A DNA stretch of 64,000 nt from Pirellulales bacterium (GTDB lineage: Bacteria > Planctomycetota > Planctomycetia > Pirellulales > PALSA-1355): positions 2,816,001-2,880,000 of the forward strand of contig CAVTBU010000005.1 in the NCBI GenBank assembly GCA_963733035.1, written 5' to 3'. Shown here one piece after another: positions 8,919 to 19,336 of this stretch (position 1 is its first letter; every line of letters starts with the position of its first letter). The notes below the pieces were generated by a model. That model worked only from the letters and a program-made list of their open reading frames with translations, made no database searches and was not told the origin of the DNA. The position numbers were made by a program, and so were the translations under genes.

Positions 8919-10085
8919 ATGACCGAGCGACTCGTGATAGCCCTGATCGGAATCGCAACAACATGTTTTGTTGGCGTCTCAGGTGCGGCGTCGGCCGAAA
9001 TGCCAAAGGCTTCCCCGCGGATTGAATTGCGAGGATCGACTGCAGCAGGGCACACCGTTGACGTCTTCGGCCTCAGCGAAGACCAACAAAGCGCTTTCGG
9101 CAAGCTGTCGCCGGACGAACGTCGTACCGTGCTCCAAGTTTACGTCGACGTCGATATTGACGACCTGCCAGCCCTGGAAGGGAGGCTGGACGTCCTTAGC
9201 GATCGGCTCCGATTCACCCCTCGTTACCCGCTGGAAGAGGGTCTCCGCTACCGCGCCGTTTTCGCCCCCGGATTTCTTTCGCCGCATCGTGCTGAATTGG
9301 CTCCAGTAACGCAAGTCATCTCACTGGAGCCCCGGAAATCAAATCCCACGACGGTCGTTGAGCAAATCTATCCTTCGGCCGACGTGCTCCCGGAGAATCA
9401 ACTCAAGTTCTACCTGCACTTTTCGGCATCCATGAGCCGCGGCGAAGCCTACCGTCACGTCCATTTGCTCGATGCTCAGGGCCGAGAGGTTAACGGAGCG
9501 TTTCTCGAATTGGGCGAAGAGCTGTGGGACGGCGACTATCAACGGTTCACGCTGTTGTTTGATCCCGGTCGCGTTAAGCGAGGGCTTAAACCGCGCGAAG
9601 AGCTTGGGCCCGTCATTGTCGAGGGGCAGCACTATTCGCTAGTCGTTGATGGAGCTTGGCGCGATGCTACCCGCACGCCGCTGAACTCTGGGGCACGGAA
9701 GGAGTTTTCGGTCGGCCCGCCGGATGACAAACCTGTCGATCCCGCGAAGTGGCGAATCACCGCGCCAGCCGCTAACGGCTTTGATCCGTTGCTGGTGCGT
9801 TTTGGTGAACCACTGGATCACTCGCTCCTGGAACGAATCGTTTGGGTTGCGACGAACGCGGGAGAGCGCGTCGCGGGGACGATTCGTACCGGCAATGCCG
9901 AAGCTTGTTGGCAGTTCACACCCCAACGTCCCTGGGCGAGCGGTCACTACCAACTCGTCGCCGAGACGACGCTCGAAGACTTGGCTGGCAACTCCATTGG
10001 CCGGCCGTTTGAAGTCGACGAGTTTCAAGCGGTCCAGGAGCGGATTGAAACCAAGACGATCTCGATTCCGTTTGAAGTCAAGTAA
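8919..10085 (+). CDS. Exported hypothetical protein with Ig-like (Big_5/SbsA-type) domains
   Basis: Signal peptide from ATG 8919; LRFTPRYPL, PENQLKFYLHFSASM, FTPQRPW...YQL...LEDLAGN. Confidence 0.75.
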   Translation: MTERLVIALIGIATTCFVGVSGAASAEMPKASPRIELRGSTAAGHTVDVFGLSEDQQSAFGKLSPDERRTVLQVYVDVDIDDLPALEGRLDVLSDRLRFTPRYPLEEGLRYRAVFAPGFLSPHRAELAPVTQVISLEPRKSNPTTVVEQIYPSADVLPENQLKFYLHFSASMSRGEAYRHVHLLDAQGREVNGAFLELGEELWDGDYQRFTLLFDPGRVKRGLKPREELGPVIVEGQHYSLVVDGAWRDATRTPLNSGARKEFSVGPPDDKPVDPAKWRITAPAANGFDPLLVRFGEPLDHSLLERIVWVATNAGERVAGTIRTGNAEACWQFTPQRPWASGHYQLVAETTLEDLAGNSIGRPFEVDEFQAVQERIETKTISIPFEVK

Positions 10086-10121
10086 CGACCGCGACGGTTG
10101 CGGTGCATTTCGGTGGATTTG

Positions 10122-11150
10122 CTACCAGCCGGCACCCTTCGTCGTAAGCTTGATCCGCACCAGGTACATATCTGCATTGATGTACAGCGTGCGGCCATCG
10201 TCGCCCCAGGCACAGTTGCCAGTGGCCTGTCCGGTTTCGAAGCTGCCCAGGTGCGTGCCGTCCGGGGCAAAGATATGGACGCCGCCAGGACCAGTGGCGA
10301 ACAGATTGCCCGCGGCGTCGACCTTCATTCCGTCTGGCAACCCTTTCTTGCCTTCCTTGACCCAGGCTGTCGCGTCGAAGAACTTGCGGCCCTTGCCCAG
10401 CGTGCCGTCAGCTTTCACGTCGAATGCCATCCAGATCGCATCCTCCGGATCGCTCTGCGCGACGTACAGCGTTTTCTCATCGGGCGAAAAGGCGATGCCG
10501 TTCGGCCGAGTCATGTCCCCCGTGAGTAGCGTGAGCGTCCCGTCCGTTGCCAGCCGATAGACACCACAGAAGTCGAGTTCGCGGCGCGGATCGTCCCAAT
10601 TCTTTGGCAGGCCGTAGGGCGGATCGGTGAAATAGAGATCGCCATTCGATTTGAAGGCCGAGTCGTTGGGGCTGTTGAGCCGCTTGCCCTGGTAGTTGTC
10701 GACCAGCGTTCGTTTGCCGCCGTTCTTGGTCAGCTTCGAGATGCGCCGATCGCCATGTTCGCAGAACGTAATCTCGCCCTCCGGCGTAACATTCAACCCA
10801 TTGCTGCCTGGTTCGGGGGCATAGTCGACCACTCCGGTGTAGCCAGAGGGTTTCATGAACAGGCTGACGCCTTCCCCCTCTTTCCACTTCATCACGCTGT
10901 TGCGCGGGATATCGGAGAAAAGCAGGTAGCCACCGTCCTTAATCCATACGGGACCTTCCGACCAATCGAAACCGTCGGCCACTTGTTCCATGTGGGCATC
11001 CTTCGGCACGAGCTTGTCGAGCCGGGCATCCTTCCGCACGATTTCTCCGAAAGCGGGATACTTCTCGGCCGCCTGGGCCGTTGCATGGCAAAGGCTAACG
11101 ACGAGCAAGAACAGACAGCACAAGGAGCCGGTGATGCGAGCGCGAGCCAT
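10122..11150 (-). CDS. SMP-30/gluconolactonase family protein (secreted)
   Basis: EGPVW, FSDIP, SNG, LNSPND, PNGIAFSPDE, PDGMKVD. Confidence 0.93.
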   Translation of the reverse strand: MARARITGSLCCLFLLVVSLCHATAQAAEKYPAFGEIVRKDARLDKLVPKDAHMEQVADGFDWSEGPVWIKDGGYLLFSDIPRNSVMKWKEGEGVSLFMKPSGYTGVVDYAPEPGSNGLNVTPEGEITFCEHGDRRISKLTKNGGKRTLVDNYQGKRLNSPNDSAFKSNGDLYFTDPPYGLPKNWDDPRRELDFCGVYRLATDGTLTLLTGDMTRPNGIAFSPDEKTLYVAQSDPEDAIWMAFDVKADGTLGKGRKFFDATAWVKEGKKGLPDGMKVDAAGNLFATGPGGVHIFAPDGTHLGSFETGQATGNCAWGDDGRTLYINADMYLVRIKLTTKGAGW

Positions 11151-11267
11151 TTCAGAAAACCTCCCACGGTAGGTGCATGTGCAGGTGAAGTGCGGGGAGC
11201 CGCCATTTGATGCCCTCCAAGGCTAGCCCCTGGAGCGCACGTCAGTCAAGTATTTGGCCGTGCGCTG

Positions 11268-12122
11268 CTAACGTCCCAGGCGGGTGAATGTATAGGCCAA
11301 ATAGCCGAGCGCCGCCCCGGTGGCCAACCCGCCTCCATGTGCCCAGTTGGCGACGTTGCCGATCACGCCGGCCGCACACAGCACAAAGAAGCCGATCATC
11401 CAGAAGGCAATGTCGGGCCGCAGGTAGAGCCCACAAGTCGGATCGAGTCGTCCGCGGACCCAGGCGTAGCCGAACAGGCCGTAAACGACGCCGGACATGC
11501 CACCAAAAAGCGGGCCCGTCATGACGAACTGCGCCACGTTCGAAATGACGGCGATCAGCAGGATCATAAACAAGTATCGCGTCGACCCGAGTTTGCGTTC
11601 GATTAGTGTGCCCAGGTCGTAGAGCCAGAACATGTTGAATACGATGTGAAAGATTCCACCGTGAATGAAAATGGGCGTTACCAGTCGCCATATCTCGCCC
11701 GCCTGGACCTGTGGCAGAGCGCGATCCTGCGTTGAGATGAGCAGGTCTTGTTCGGGGATCAGATGCAAGAATACGGCAATCGACATCACGATTAGCGCCA
11801 TCGTCACCGGGCGGCGATGCCAGGGATTGGCCCATTCGTTGCGCATGTCGACGTAGTTGCGCTGGGCCTGGCGCTTCTTTTGTTCGGCCACATGGCGGGC
11901 TTCGCGGGCCGTCTTCTCAGCCGCCTTGTAGCGTGGATCGGTCGGTTCGTGTTCGAACAGTTCGAGCTCTTGTCGGCTGCGGGGAATCTGGTTCTCGTCA
12001 TGTACCCAGATTGCCCACTGACCATCGGCCGGTTCAATTTTCGACGTGATGCCTATCGAAAGCAGATAGTCGGCGAACCGCTGGGCGTCTTGTTTCGTGG
12101 CGATCGTTCCGGCTTGCCGCAT
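11268..12122 (-). CDS. glpG: Rhomboid intramembrane serine protease (GlpG-like)
   Basis: WRLVTPIFIH, HIVFN, GMSG (Ser) and AHGGG (His); N-terminal soluble domain. Confidence 0.92.
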   Translation of the reverse strand: MRQAGTIATKQDAQRFADYLLSIGITSKIEPADGQWAIWVHDENQIPRSRQELELFEHEPTDPRYKAAEKTAREARHVAEQKKRQAQRNYVDMRNEWANPWHRRPVTMALIVMSIAVFLHLIPEQDLLISTQDRALPQVQAGEIWRLVTPIFIHGGIFHIVFNMFWLYDLGTLIERKLGSTRYLFMILLIAVISNVAQFVMTGPLFGGMSGVVYGLFGYAWVRGRLDPTCGLYLRPDIAFWMIGFFVLCAAGVIGNVANWAHGGGLATGAALGYLAYTFTRLGR

Positions 12123-12176
12123 GATGCTCTGTCGTTGATGAAAGGTTCGGCGAACGCATTGTAAACGTCGGAAATC

Positions 12177-12476
12177 TCAGATTTCCAGCCGCACGTGCTG
12201 GATGTCATTTTCGAGCAGCCATTCGAGCCACCGCTCTTGTTCTTCGCTGATCTCGGCCTCGGCTTGGTTTTCGCTGTCGAGCGGTGAAACCAGCGTTAGC
12301 ACGCCTTCGTCCAGCCAGCGCTTGGCATCGTCGAGCGAAATCCAAAACTCTCCCTGCGGCAACTGGGGCGCGCCGCGCTCGCCGGGGGGCGTCATAAAGT
12401 AGGCGATATCGTGCTTGAATCGCGCCGGCATTTCCAGCGGTGCCAGTTCCGGACGCCCAACGGCATAAACTCGCAT
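12177..12476 (-). CDS. Hypothetical protein
   Basis: Acidic 99-aa ORF (VSPLDSENQAEAEISEEQERWLEW), co-oriented between two real genes. Confidence 0.7.
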   Translation of the reverse strand: MRVYAVGRPELAPLEMPARFKHDIAYFMTPPGERGAPQLPQGEFWISLDDAKRWLDEGVLTLVSPLDSENQAEAEISEEQERWLEWLLENDIQHVRLEI

Positions 12477-12579
12477 GGCAATTCGTAAATCGGACCGCAA
12501 ATGGGGACAAAATCCTGATTCGGCTAGCCTACCAAATGACGCCCCACGTGGGCAGCGTCGAACCTGGTTCTCCTATTTG

Positions 12580-13861
12580 TCATTCCATGCTCAACGCCGC
12601 CAAATACCCGGTACTCCAAGCCGCCTGAAAATTGTAGCCGCCGATGGGTCCGTCCAAGTCGAGCACCTCGCCGGCCAGATACAGCCGCTCGACCAGCTTG
12701 CTTTGCATCGTTTTCGAGTCGACTTCGGCCAGCGAGACACCACCGGCCGTAACTTCGGCCTTTGTGAATCCACAAGTTCCACTAATCGGGATCGCCTGGC
12801 GTTTGATTGCTGCCACAACGTGACAACGCACTTTCGCACCGACTTCGGCGGCCCGCAAACCGGGGTCCAGATTCGCGGCCAGCAGCAGCGCCTCGCTGAG
12901 TCGGTGGGGTAATTCCTCGGGAAGCAGATTGCTCAGTTGCTTCTTGCCGGCGGCGGCCGCGCGATCGCGGAGGCATTCGTCCAGTTTCGCGGCACTCACG
13001 TCCGGCAAGAAGTCGCATTCCAGCGAGAGCGACCGTGGATTCGCGTGGCCGCTTACCGCGCGGCTGACGTCGAGCACCACGGGGCCAGATAGCCCGAAAT
13101 GCGCGAACAAGAGCGACCCTCGCCGGTCGGCCAGGACGCGCAGACTTGGTCGACTTTGCGCTCGCAGCCGGCGGTTCGACGACGCGCACGTGAACGTCGG
13201 GAATCGTGATTCCGCGCAGGCTGCGCACCCAGGTGGCATCGGTGGTGATCGGCACGAGCGCCGGCCGTGGTGGCACGATCGTGTGACCGAACTGCGCGGC
13301 AAAGCGATAGCCGTCGCCCGTCGTGCCGCAGCCTGGATACGACTGGCCGCCGGTGGTGATGAGCAGGTTTCTGGTTTGCAACTGGCGCTGGCTGGTGCGC
13401 AACAGGAACTCCGCGTCATGGCGCTCGACTTCCAATAGCGCCTCGTCGAGCGCCAGCGTGGCGCCGCTGCGTTCGAGTCGGCGCAGCAGCGCGTTGAGCA
13501 CGTCCGTCGCCTTGTCGCTGGCTGGGAAGATCTTGCCGGTTGGCTCGACCTTGGTTTTGACGCCCTCGGATTCGAACATGGCGATGGTTTGCTCCACGCT
13601 TAAGGCCGCCAGCGCCGAGTGCAGGAAGCGGCCCGGCGAACCGTAGGCTTCGACGATGCCCCGGTTGTTCGTGGCCTGCGTGATGTTGCAGCGCGTGCCG
13701 CCGGACATCAGGATCTTGACTCCCGGTTTGCGGTTCTTTTCCAGTAGCAAGGTTCGCAGGCCTCGGGCCGCGGCCGTGGCGGCGGCGACCAGGCCGGCGG
13801 CGCCGGCTCCGACGACGATCACGTCCCAACTCGATTCAGTCGCTGGCGGCAGGTTGGACAT
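12580..13861 (-). CDS. HI0933/BaiN/YhiN-family flavoprotein (frameshift ~13135-13175)
   Basis: VIVVGAGAAG, KILMSGGTRCNIT, TGGQSYPGCGTTGDG in one frame; FAHFGLSGP, AEVTAGGV, GEVLDLDGPIGGYNFQ in another. Confidence 0.92.
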
Positions 13862-14243
13862 TTACTGGTTTGTCGCGGGCAACGTGTTGGTGCGATCAAG
13901 CGCGGCCAGCGAACCGAAATAGGTGGTCATTTTATTTTTCCGAAGATTTCTGAGTGGCTCGATTTCGCGAGCAAAAAGTTTGCGCAACTTTCATTTCCAT
14001 GGGAGGCCGAAAAACCTGATAAACTGTCGCATGCAGATCACGCATTTTGCCTCGATTGACCGATACCCACTCATACCGCACCCTCCGTCTAGAATCCAAC
14101 GAGCGTACGGTACCCGAAAGCGCGGCCCGATTTCAAACGGCGGGTTTAATCGGGGAGAATGGTGGGCGGCGTTTCCGCGGAAGCTTATGCGCAGTCGCCT
14201 TTTCGCGAGCCTGATGAACTGACCAACCAAGGAACCACAGCGG

Positions 14244-14633
14244 ATGACTCTTTATGAGCGGCTGGGCGGGGTGTTTGCGATTGCCACGGTGGTCGATGAC
14301 TTTGTCGACCGGGTCATGGGGGACGCGCGGCTGAACGCCAATCCCAAGGTGAACGAGGCGCATCACCGGGTCGCGCCGGCGGGCTTCAAGTACCTGGTGA
14401 CCGAGCAGGTGTGCCAGGCCACCGGCGGACCGCAGCGGTACACGGGCCGCTCGATGTACGAATCGCACGCGCAGCTGGACATCACCGAGAACGAGTGGCA
14501 GGCGTTCCTCGACGACTTCCGCCAGACACTCGACAAGTTCGCCGTCCCGCCAGCCGAACAAGCGGAACTCGTGGCCATCGTGGAAAGCACGAAGAACGAT
14601 ATCGTGCTGAGGAAACAATCGGGACCGAGTTAG
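14244..14633 (+). CDS. glbN: Group 1 truncated haemoglobin
   Basis: TLYERLGG, TGGPQRYTGRSM, proximal His (ESH); AAGGA RBS. Confidence 0.9.
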   Translation: MTLYERLGGVFAIATVVDDFVDRVMGDARLNANPKVNEAHHRVAPAGFKYLVTEQVCQATGGPQRYTGRSMYESHAQLDITENEWQAFLDDFRQTLDKFAVPPAEQAELVAIVESTKNDIVLRKQSGPS

Positions 14634-14690
14634 ATCGGACGGCCCAGCAGCAAGAGCAATGCCGAACAGGGCGTGGGGCCATCAGAATAG

Positions 14691-14708
14691 GGCACGCGCC
14701 GGTAGTCA
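14691..14708. repeat. Intergenic REP-like motif, copy A
   Basis: GGCACGCGCCGGTAGTCA; 17/18 identical to 22810-22827. Confidence 0.5.
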
Positions 14709-14756
14709 CCGATGTCTCATTTGGACCACACAATTGGGTGTGGTAGGCTCCTTTGC

Positions 14757-15752
14757 ATGAAAGTTGCCGTGTACGACAAGCCGCTAACGCTTGCTCTATT
14801 TGCCATCCTGTTGTCGTTAGGCTGCGGCAAGGTGAAAACGTTGCTACCGCAGAAGTCGTTCCACGACCGAGTCGGGTGGAAGGCCGAGGATTATTTCGAC
14901 GACCCGCAGGTAGTTTCCCTTTGCAAGGCCATTGAAGCCAATGATTTGAAGGAAATGGAGCGGCTCATTGAAGCCGGGGCCAACGTCAACGCTCAGGGCA
15001 AGGGTAAAATGACGCCCCTGATGTGGGCGTTCCCCGGCAACAAGCTTGAGCGGTTCGAGTTGCTATTACAACACGGCGCGGATCCCAACGTCATTACCGA
15101 GGACGATTTCGGCACTCGGGACAGCATCATGGCGGGGACGGCGGTCACCCATCATGCGGCTATGACGTGGCATCCAGGTTTTTTTGAGGCAGTCTTTACG
15201 CACGGCGGCGATCCGAATTTGGAGCAGCAGACCGAGGTACTGGGACGAAGAGATTGCCCATTACACCTGGTAATCGAGTCGCCGGTCAGCGACAAGAGAG
15301 AAAAGATTCGGAAGTTGCTCGACCTAGGTGCGAACATTAACCATATCGGTTTTGGCGAAAAAACGCCAGTAGCGGCGGCGGTTGCGTGGAGGCAATATGA
15401 AATCGCTCTGATGCTCCTCGAATCTGGTGCCGACTACAAGATCTTCGCGCATCCCAACAATAACCAACGATTGGTTCACGATCTATTGGTAAGCGGAATG
15501 AATCGTGACGAAACGCAATCGTGGGCTCCGGGAGAAAAGCAACAGCACAATGCGGTATTGAAATGGCTGGAAGCTCATGGAGAGGATGTAGAGAAGGCCG
15601 GGGAAGATATCGCGCGGTGGCGTTCCTGGAGCACAATCAACGGTGAGTTCCAGCGAAATCTGGCCGCCGAAGTGGCCGAGCGCAAAGCGCGCGAAACGGC
15701 AGAGAAGCAGCAACCGGCAGCCGGCGAAAATGCCAACGGCGAGGTGCGGTGA
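14757..15752 (+). CDS. Ankyrin-repeat lipoprotein
   Basis: Lipobox LSLGC; ankyrin units GANVNAQGKGKMTPLMWA, LLQHGADPN, GANIN...TPV, LLESGAD. Confidence 0.85.
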   Translation: MKVAVYDKPLTLALFAILLSLGCGKVKTLLPQKSFHDRVGWKAEDYFDDPQVVSLCKAIEANDLKEMERLIEAGANVNAQGKGKMTPLMWAFPGNKLERFELLLQHGADPNVITEDDFGTRDSIMAGTAVTHHAAMTWHPGFFEAVFTHGGDPNLEQQTEVLGRRDCPLHLVIESPVSDKREKIRKLLDLGANINHIGFGEKTPVAAAVAWRQYEIALMLLESGADYKIFAHPNNNQRLVHDLLVSGMNRDETQSWAPGEKQQHNAVLKWLEAHGEDVEKAGEDIARWRSWSTINGEFQRNLAAEVAERKARETAEKQQPAAGENANGEVR

Positions 15753-16021
15753 GCACGCACGATCCACGCAGGGCTATCGCTTCCGAGCGAAGAAGTGGCG
15801 CGTCTCCGGACCAGTAGAATCCAAGCAAATGACGACCGCCGCCGCGAAATCGAAAGCAAAAAGCGACGGACTACATGGAACGCGCCAGCGCACAAGGATG
15901 GGCCCTTCGGAGGCAGTTCCGCTCAGTCGAATTCGCCCGTGATTGGAAAGTCTAGTCGGCAGCTGCAACTTTGGTGTGTCCCTTTTTGGCGGCATTGCAC
16001 CGAGCGATCCCTCCCCCGCGC

Positions 16022-16051
16022 TTGACGGGTAGAGTTCCAACCAATTAGACT
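16022..16051 (+). promoter_or_regulatory. Candidate sigma70 promoter
   Basis: TTGACG-N18-TAGACT, ~235 nt upstream of the PEP-CTERM gene. Confidence 0.4.
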
Positions 16052-16285
16052 GCTCCCGTCGGCCACCTTTCAGATGACCAAACTTTAGTAGCTAATGAAA
16101 CTGGCGCAGCTTTAGTTCATTTCCGCGACGCTGCGCATCGTCTGGTGAGCCTGAATCCGGATCGCTGTCCTATCTCTTTTTCAGCGGTCGTTCCACGTGC
16201 TTTGTTCGACGCGGTGGTGCTGTCCTCGGCTTGAGGACCGCGCCAATCCCGCGGCTCCCCTTTTTACTTCAATACGAGAATCGCC

Positions 16286-17398
16286 ATGATTATTCACCGC
16301 TGCTTCGCCTGTATTGTCATTGTGCTGGCCACGATTTCGACCAGCCGGGCCGGCTTGCTCGACAACTCAACGTTAACCACCTTGTCGGTGGCAGCCCGCG
16401 ACGTGACGTACGATTCGACGCGCGGCGTGGTTTACGCGTCGGTTCCGAGTTCGGCCGGAGCGCCGTACGGAAACTCGATCATCAGCATTGATCCTGAGAG
16501 TCACTCCATCCTGAGCCATACGTACGTGGGCAGCGAACCGAACAAGCTGGCCATTTCCGGCGACGGGAGCCGCGTGTATGTCGGCATCGACGGCGCGCGA
16601 AGTTTCACCTGGTGGCAGCCTGCGGATAATACCGTTGGCTCGCTCGTGTTGGTCAAGTCTGCCTACGGCGCCGCGGCGGTCGTGCAGAGCATGGCCGTGT
16701 CGCCGTTGAATCCGCATGTCGTCGTTGTGTCCAAAAACGAAGTGGGGAGCACGGCTAGCGGCGACATGGAGATATTCCAGGACAGCACCTCGCTGGGCAT
16801 TCCCACGCCAACGTATCCCTATAACGACGCGAACGAGATCGGATTCGCGGATGATCATACGTTGGTCTCGTACGACGACGCGGACACGTCGTATGCCCTG
16901 GCGACTTGGAATTTCACCGGCACGGCGTTGAGCCGAAACTCCAAGATCAACGGCTTGATTTCAGGCTTCTGGACACACATGGAAACCCGCGACGGGTTGA
17001 TTTACGCGTCGACCGGGATGGTGGTGGATCCGGCAACGCTGGCTCCGCTGGGCACGTTTTCTGTCCCCGGCAGTTCGGCCGTGGAGGCATTTTCGAGTTT
17101 GGGCCGCACGTATTTCCTTGGCCCGAGGAGTTCCTTGGACAAAACGTTGACACTGCAAGTGTTCGACAACCACACATTCCTGCTGCTCGACTCGCAGTCC
17201 TTTCCGCAATTCATAGTCAGCGGTTCGATTCTGCAGCTAGTGCCTGCCGGAGACCACGGCCTGGCGTTCGTCACGTCGACGGGCCAGCTGGGAATCATCA
17301 ACTCCGTGCCCGAGCCGTCCTCGGTCGCGCTGTTTAGCTGCGGAGCACTATGCCTGGCGTTCGTCCGACTCAGGCGCCGAGGTCATCGGAGCAATTAG
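16286..17398 (+). CDS. PEP-CTERM surface protein with YVTN-like beta-propeller
   Basis: Signal peptide; VGSEPNKLAISGDGSRVYVG; C-terminal VPEPSS, TM helix and RLRRR. Confidence 0.88.
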   Translation: MIIHRCFACIVIVLATISTSRAGLLDNSTLTTLSVAARDVTYDSTRGVVYASVPSSAGAPYGNSIISIDPESHSILSHTYVGSEPNKLAISGDGSRVYVGIDGARSFTWWQPADNTVGSLVLVKSAYGAAAVVQSMAVSPLNPHVVVVSKNEVGSTASGDMEIFQDSTSLGIPTPTYPYNDANEIGFADDHTLVSYDDADTSYALATWNFTGTALSRNSKINGLISGFWTHMETRDGLIYASTGMVVDPATLAPLGTFSVPGSSAVEAFSSLGRTYFLGPRSSLDKTLTLQVFDNHTFLLLDSQSFPQFIVSGSILQLVPAGDHGLAFVTSTGQLGIINSVPEPSSVALFSCGALCLAFVRLRRRGHRSN

Positions 17399-17495
17399 GA
17401 CAGTAAAGTAGGTCAGGCCCTGGCGGTTAAGCTGCGGCGGTCGACCGGACGGTACGAAGAAATGCTTGTGTGACATTTACCTCCGTGACGGCCTT

Positions 17496-18020
17496 ATGAT
17501 GACTGAGCCCCTGGCGTACTTCCTGACCTGGCCGACGTATGGAACGTGGCTGCCTGGCGATGAGCGCGGCTGGGTCAAGCGCGGTCACGGCCACCAACTT
17601 CCCGATCCGCCTCGAAAACTGGAAGCCATGGCGCGCATGACCGACGACGTCTGCCGGCTGGATGAAAACCAGCGATGCCTGGTGGAGCAGACCATCGCGG
17701 ACCATTGCCGTATCCGCGTCTGGCGACTTCACGCGGTCAACTGCCGGTCGAATCATCTCCACATCGTCGTTACGGCAAACCGACACCCGGACGACGTGCG
17801 CGAACAGTTCAAAGCATGGACCGTGCGAAAACTGAAACAGCGACAGAGCGAAGATGCCGTGCGGTTACTCGCGCCGATTCGCATTCGCGAGAAGTGGTGG
17901 GCCGAGCGTGGCAGCAAACGCTATATCAACGACGAGGAAAGCCTCCAAGCGGTCATCCTCTACGTTCGCGACGCGCAAGACGCAAGGCCGCAAATGCCTC
18001 CGGCCATCCATCCGAAATGA
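17496..18020 (+). mobile_element. rayT: REP-associated tyrosine (Y1/HUH) transposase, IS200-related
   Basis: YFLTWPTYGTWLPGDERGW, HUH motif NHLHIVV, WW...SKRYI, catalytic Tyr in ILYV; REP doublet immediately downstream. Confidence 0.85.
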
Positions 18021-18046
18021 ATCCGTGACCCACATCGCTGACTTGC

Positions 18047-18130
18047 ACCAACCCGACGCGCCAGCGAGGGAAGGCTGCCCAGGACGCACATGATGCAGAC
18101 AAAGATCCCTCGCTGGCGCGTCGGGTTAGT
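18047..18130. repeat. REP doublet (REPIN-like inverted repeat)
   Basis: AACCCGACGCGCCAGCGAGGGA (18050-18071) is the perfect reverse complement of 18106-18127; extends to 24/25 nt; 34-nt spacer. Confidence 0.9.
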
Positions 18131-18271
18131 GGGTTGGCGGTCGCCAGGTGACCTACAGATGAATCCCTTTCATCGTCGCGGGCACGCGACGCGGTTCCTA
18201 TAATCGAGTGGCTTTCCGGCCGGCACGGTAAATCGGCTATTTGGACGCTTGCGCTACGGAGAAACCACTCG

Positions 18272-19334
18272 ATGACTTCAACGATCAGGGCCGTGCGGGT
18301 GCATCGCTTTTCGGGACTCGGTGCCGATGGAAAACCGCTGGCGACTCCGGGGCCACTTCGCGAAGTCATCTCGATCGACCAGATCGATGCGCCGAGCTGC
18401 GCTGATGGCGGCGTGCTGATTTCGGCGAACTACGCCGGCGTGCAGTACCCAGACGCCTTGCAGGCGCAGGGGCTCTACCAGGTTAAGCCCGAGCTGCCCT
18501 ACGTGCCGGGGATGGACTTGACGGGCAAGGTGCTGGAAGTGGGTGCCGGCGTCGAGCACGTGGCGGCGGGGGATGCGGTTGTCGCGCAGCTGAGCACCGG
18601 CGCGCTGGCCGAGATCGTCGCCGTCAACGCGCGCAACGTGTGGAAAGCGCCCCGCGGAGTTCCGCTGGCCAAATGCGCGAACATCGGCCGCAACTTCTTC
18701 GCGGCGTATCACTCGCTGAAAGACATCGGCGAAGTCGGCGCGGGCAACCTGGTGCTGGTGGACGGCGCGTCTGGAGGAGTCGGAATGGCCGCCATCGAAT
18801 TGGCCAAGGCGATGGGCGCAAAAAGTGATCGCGGGCGTGAGCAGCCCGGAGAAGATGGAACTGCCGGCCGCGGCGGGCGCCGACCGCGTTCTCTGTTACG
18901 GGCGCGATCGAGATAGTTTCAAGGCGTTCAAGACGGCCGTTCAAAAAGCCGCGACCGAATTGGGACATCCGCACGGCGTGGACGTGGTGGTTGACATGGT
19001 GCAGGGGGAATTGTTCGAGTCGCTGGTTTCGACCGTTCGTCCGCTGGGACGCATTTGCCTGGTCGGCTTCACCGCCGGCCAGAAACCGATCCGGCCCGGG
19101 CTGCTGCTCATCAAGGGGGCCGCGGTGGTTGGCAGCATGTGGGCGCTGTGGGCCGCGATGCATCCCGAGGCGCACCAGCAGAACGTGCGTGAGATTCTCG
19201 CCTTCCTGGAGACCGGCGCCGTCAAGCCGCGCGTCGACCGCGTCTTTCCGTTCGAGCGCACGATCGAAGCATTCGAGCTCTTTGAACACAACCAGGGACG
19301 CGGAAACACGGTGGTCTGCATCCGCGAAGAGTAG
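18272..19334 (+). CDS. NADPH:quinone oxidoreductase (MDR family; extra A in the run at 18820-18824)
   Basis: [25 protein letters not shown]; removing one A restores GAKVIAGVS and joins the ORFs. Confidence 0.9.
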
Positions 19335-19336
19335 CG

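Noticed and set aside
15753..16040. Short ORFs after the ankyrin gene
   Set aside because: No RBS, motif or convincing composition in any frame; left unannotated.
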